From contig OX597820.1 of NCBI GenBank assembly GCA_951406725.2, positions 108,190,001-108,254,000 on the forward strand: a DNA stretch of 64,000 bases, in the 5' to 3' direction. The notes below the pieces were generated by a model, which saw only the letters and a list, made by a program, of their open reading frames with translations, was not told the origin of the DNA and searched no databases. Positions 63,365 through 64,000 of the stretch are shown one piece after another; positions within the stretch are counted from its first letter, which is position 1, and every line of letters starts with the position of its first letter. The stretch is from Octopus vulgaris. Taxonomy: Eukaryota. The translations under genes and the position numbers were made by a program.

Positions 63365-63808
63365 ACTACAAAGGTAAAAGTGATACCTTAGATAGAAATA
63401 ATTAAAGAAGTATCAAATTGCTGGACCAAGTGATGAAAGTTACAGCAATAGCCATAGCTCAATTAATTAGGAAGAGAGTTAATCTAGATGAGATACAGTT
63501 TGGTTTTGTGCCAAGAAGAAGCACTACCGATGCTATCTTCCTGGCAAGACAGCTGCAGGAGAAGTATTTGGCCAAAAACCACTGTATTTAGCTTTTGTTA
63601 ACACGGGGAAAATCTTTGACAGGGTCTCTTGCTCCCTTATCTGGTGGGCAATGTGGATGGTAGGTGGTTAGCATTAAGAAGGATATCTGGCTATAGAAAC
63701 CAAGCCAAAACAGACAAATGGAGCATGGGCAGCTCTGCAGCTGGCCAACTCCTGTCAAACCATCCAACTCATGCCAGCATGGAGAACGGATATTAAATGA
63801 TGATGATA
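63365..63808 (+). mobile_element. Internally deleted RTE relic
   Basis: QFGFVPRRSTTDAIFLARQLQEKYLAK joined to the RTE 3' end TTAAATGATGATGAT. Confidence 0.8.
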
Positions 63809-64000
63809 AGAGAGCAGGGTTCTATTAACTAGCTAGTGGAGCTAGCACACAGTATTATGGATATTTCTTCTCCAAATACAAACAGTACCAAAACTTATCC
63901 TTTTGTGTCTTCAATACCCTCTGGACTGGCCTTGTTCTGCAAGTCAACTGATGAGACAATACAAGTTCTAATGGACAAGCTCGAGCAGTTTGAGCTTCCA

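Overview
AT-rich animal genomic DNA, most likely an octopus (inferred from the SINE/RTE/CR1 repertoire and the very long (TA)n tracts). The window holds eight internal coding exons of the nuclear-basket coiled-coil nucleoporin TPR on the + strand (4362-21774). All have GT-AG boundaries and splice into one open frame. The last three are symmetric micro-exons of 63, 33 and 42 nt. No further TPR exon is recognisable through 64000, so this is either an intron of more than 42 kb or exons are lost at the N gap (40491-40590). The introns are filled with transposon relics: Helitron, RTE LINEs with a PHD finger, CR1-type LINEs, a Neptune-like Penelope element, an R4/Dong-like element, two mariners, Chapaev3-like and Gypsy fragments, and tRNA-derived SINEs. 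Roughly 15 kb is (TA)n-type microsatellite, which explains the long 'YIYI' ORFs. The most notable hidden signal is at least six sequence-distinct minimal type-I hammerhead ribozyme motifs in Penelope-type terminal repeats. Two of them carry the compensatory U3-A8 core, and two sit in head-to-head palindromes. Also notable is a composite element in which a ~327-bp tandem array is joined to an RTE 3' tail. All calls are from reading the sequence by eye; no searches were run.
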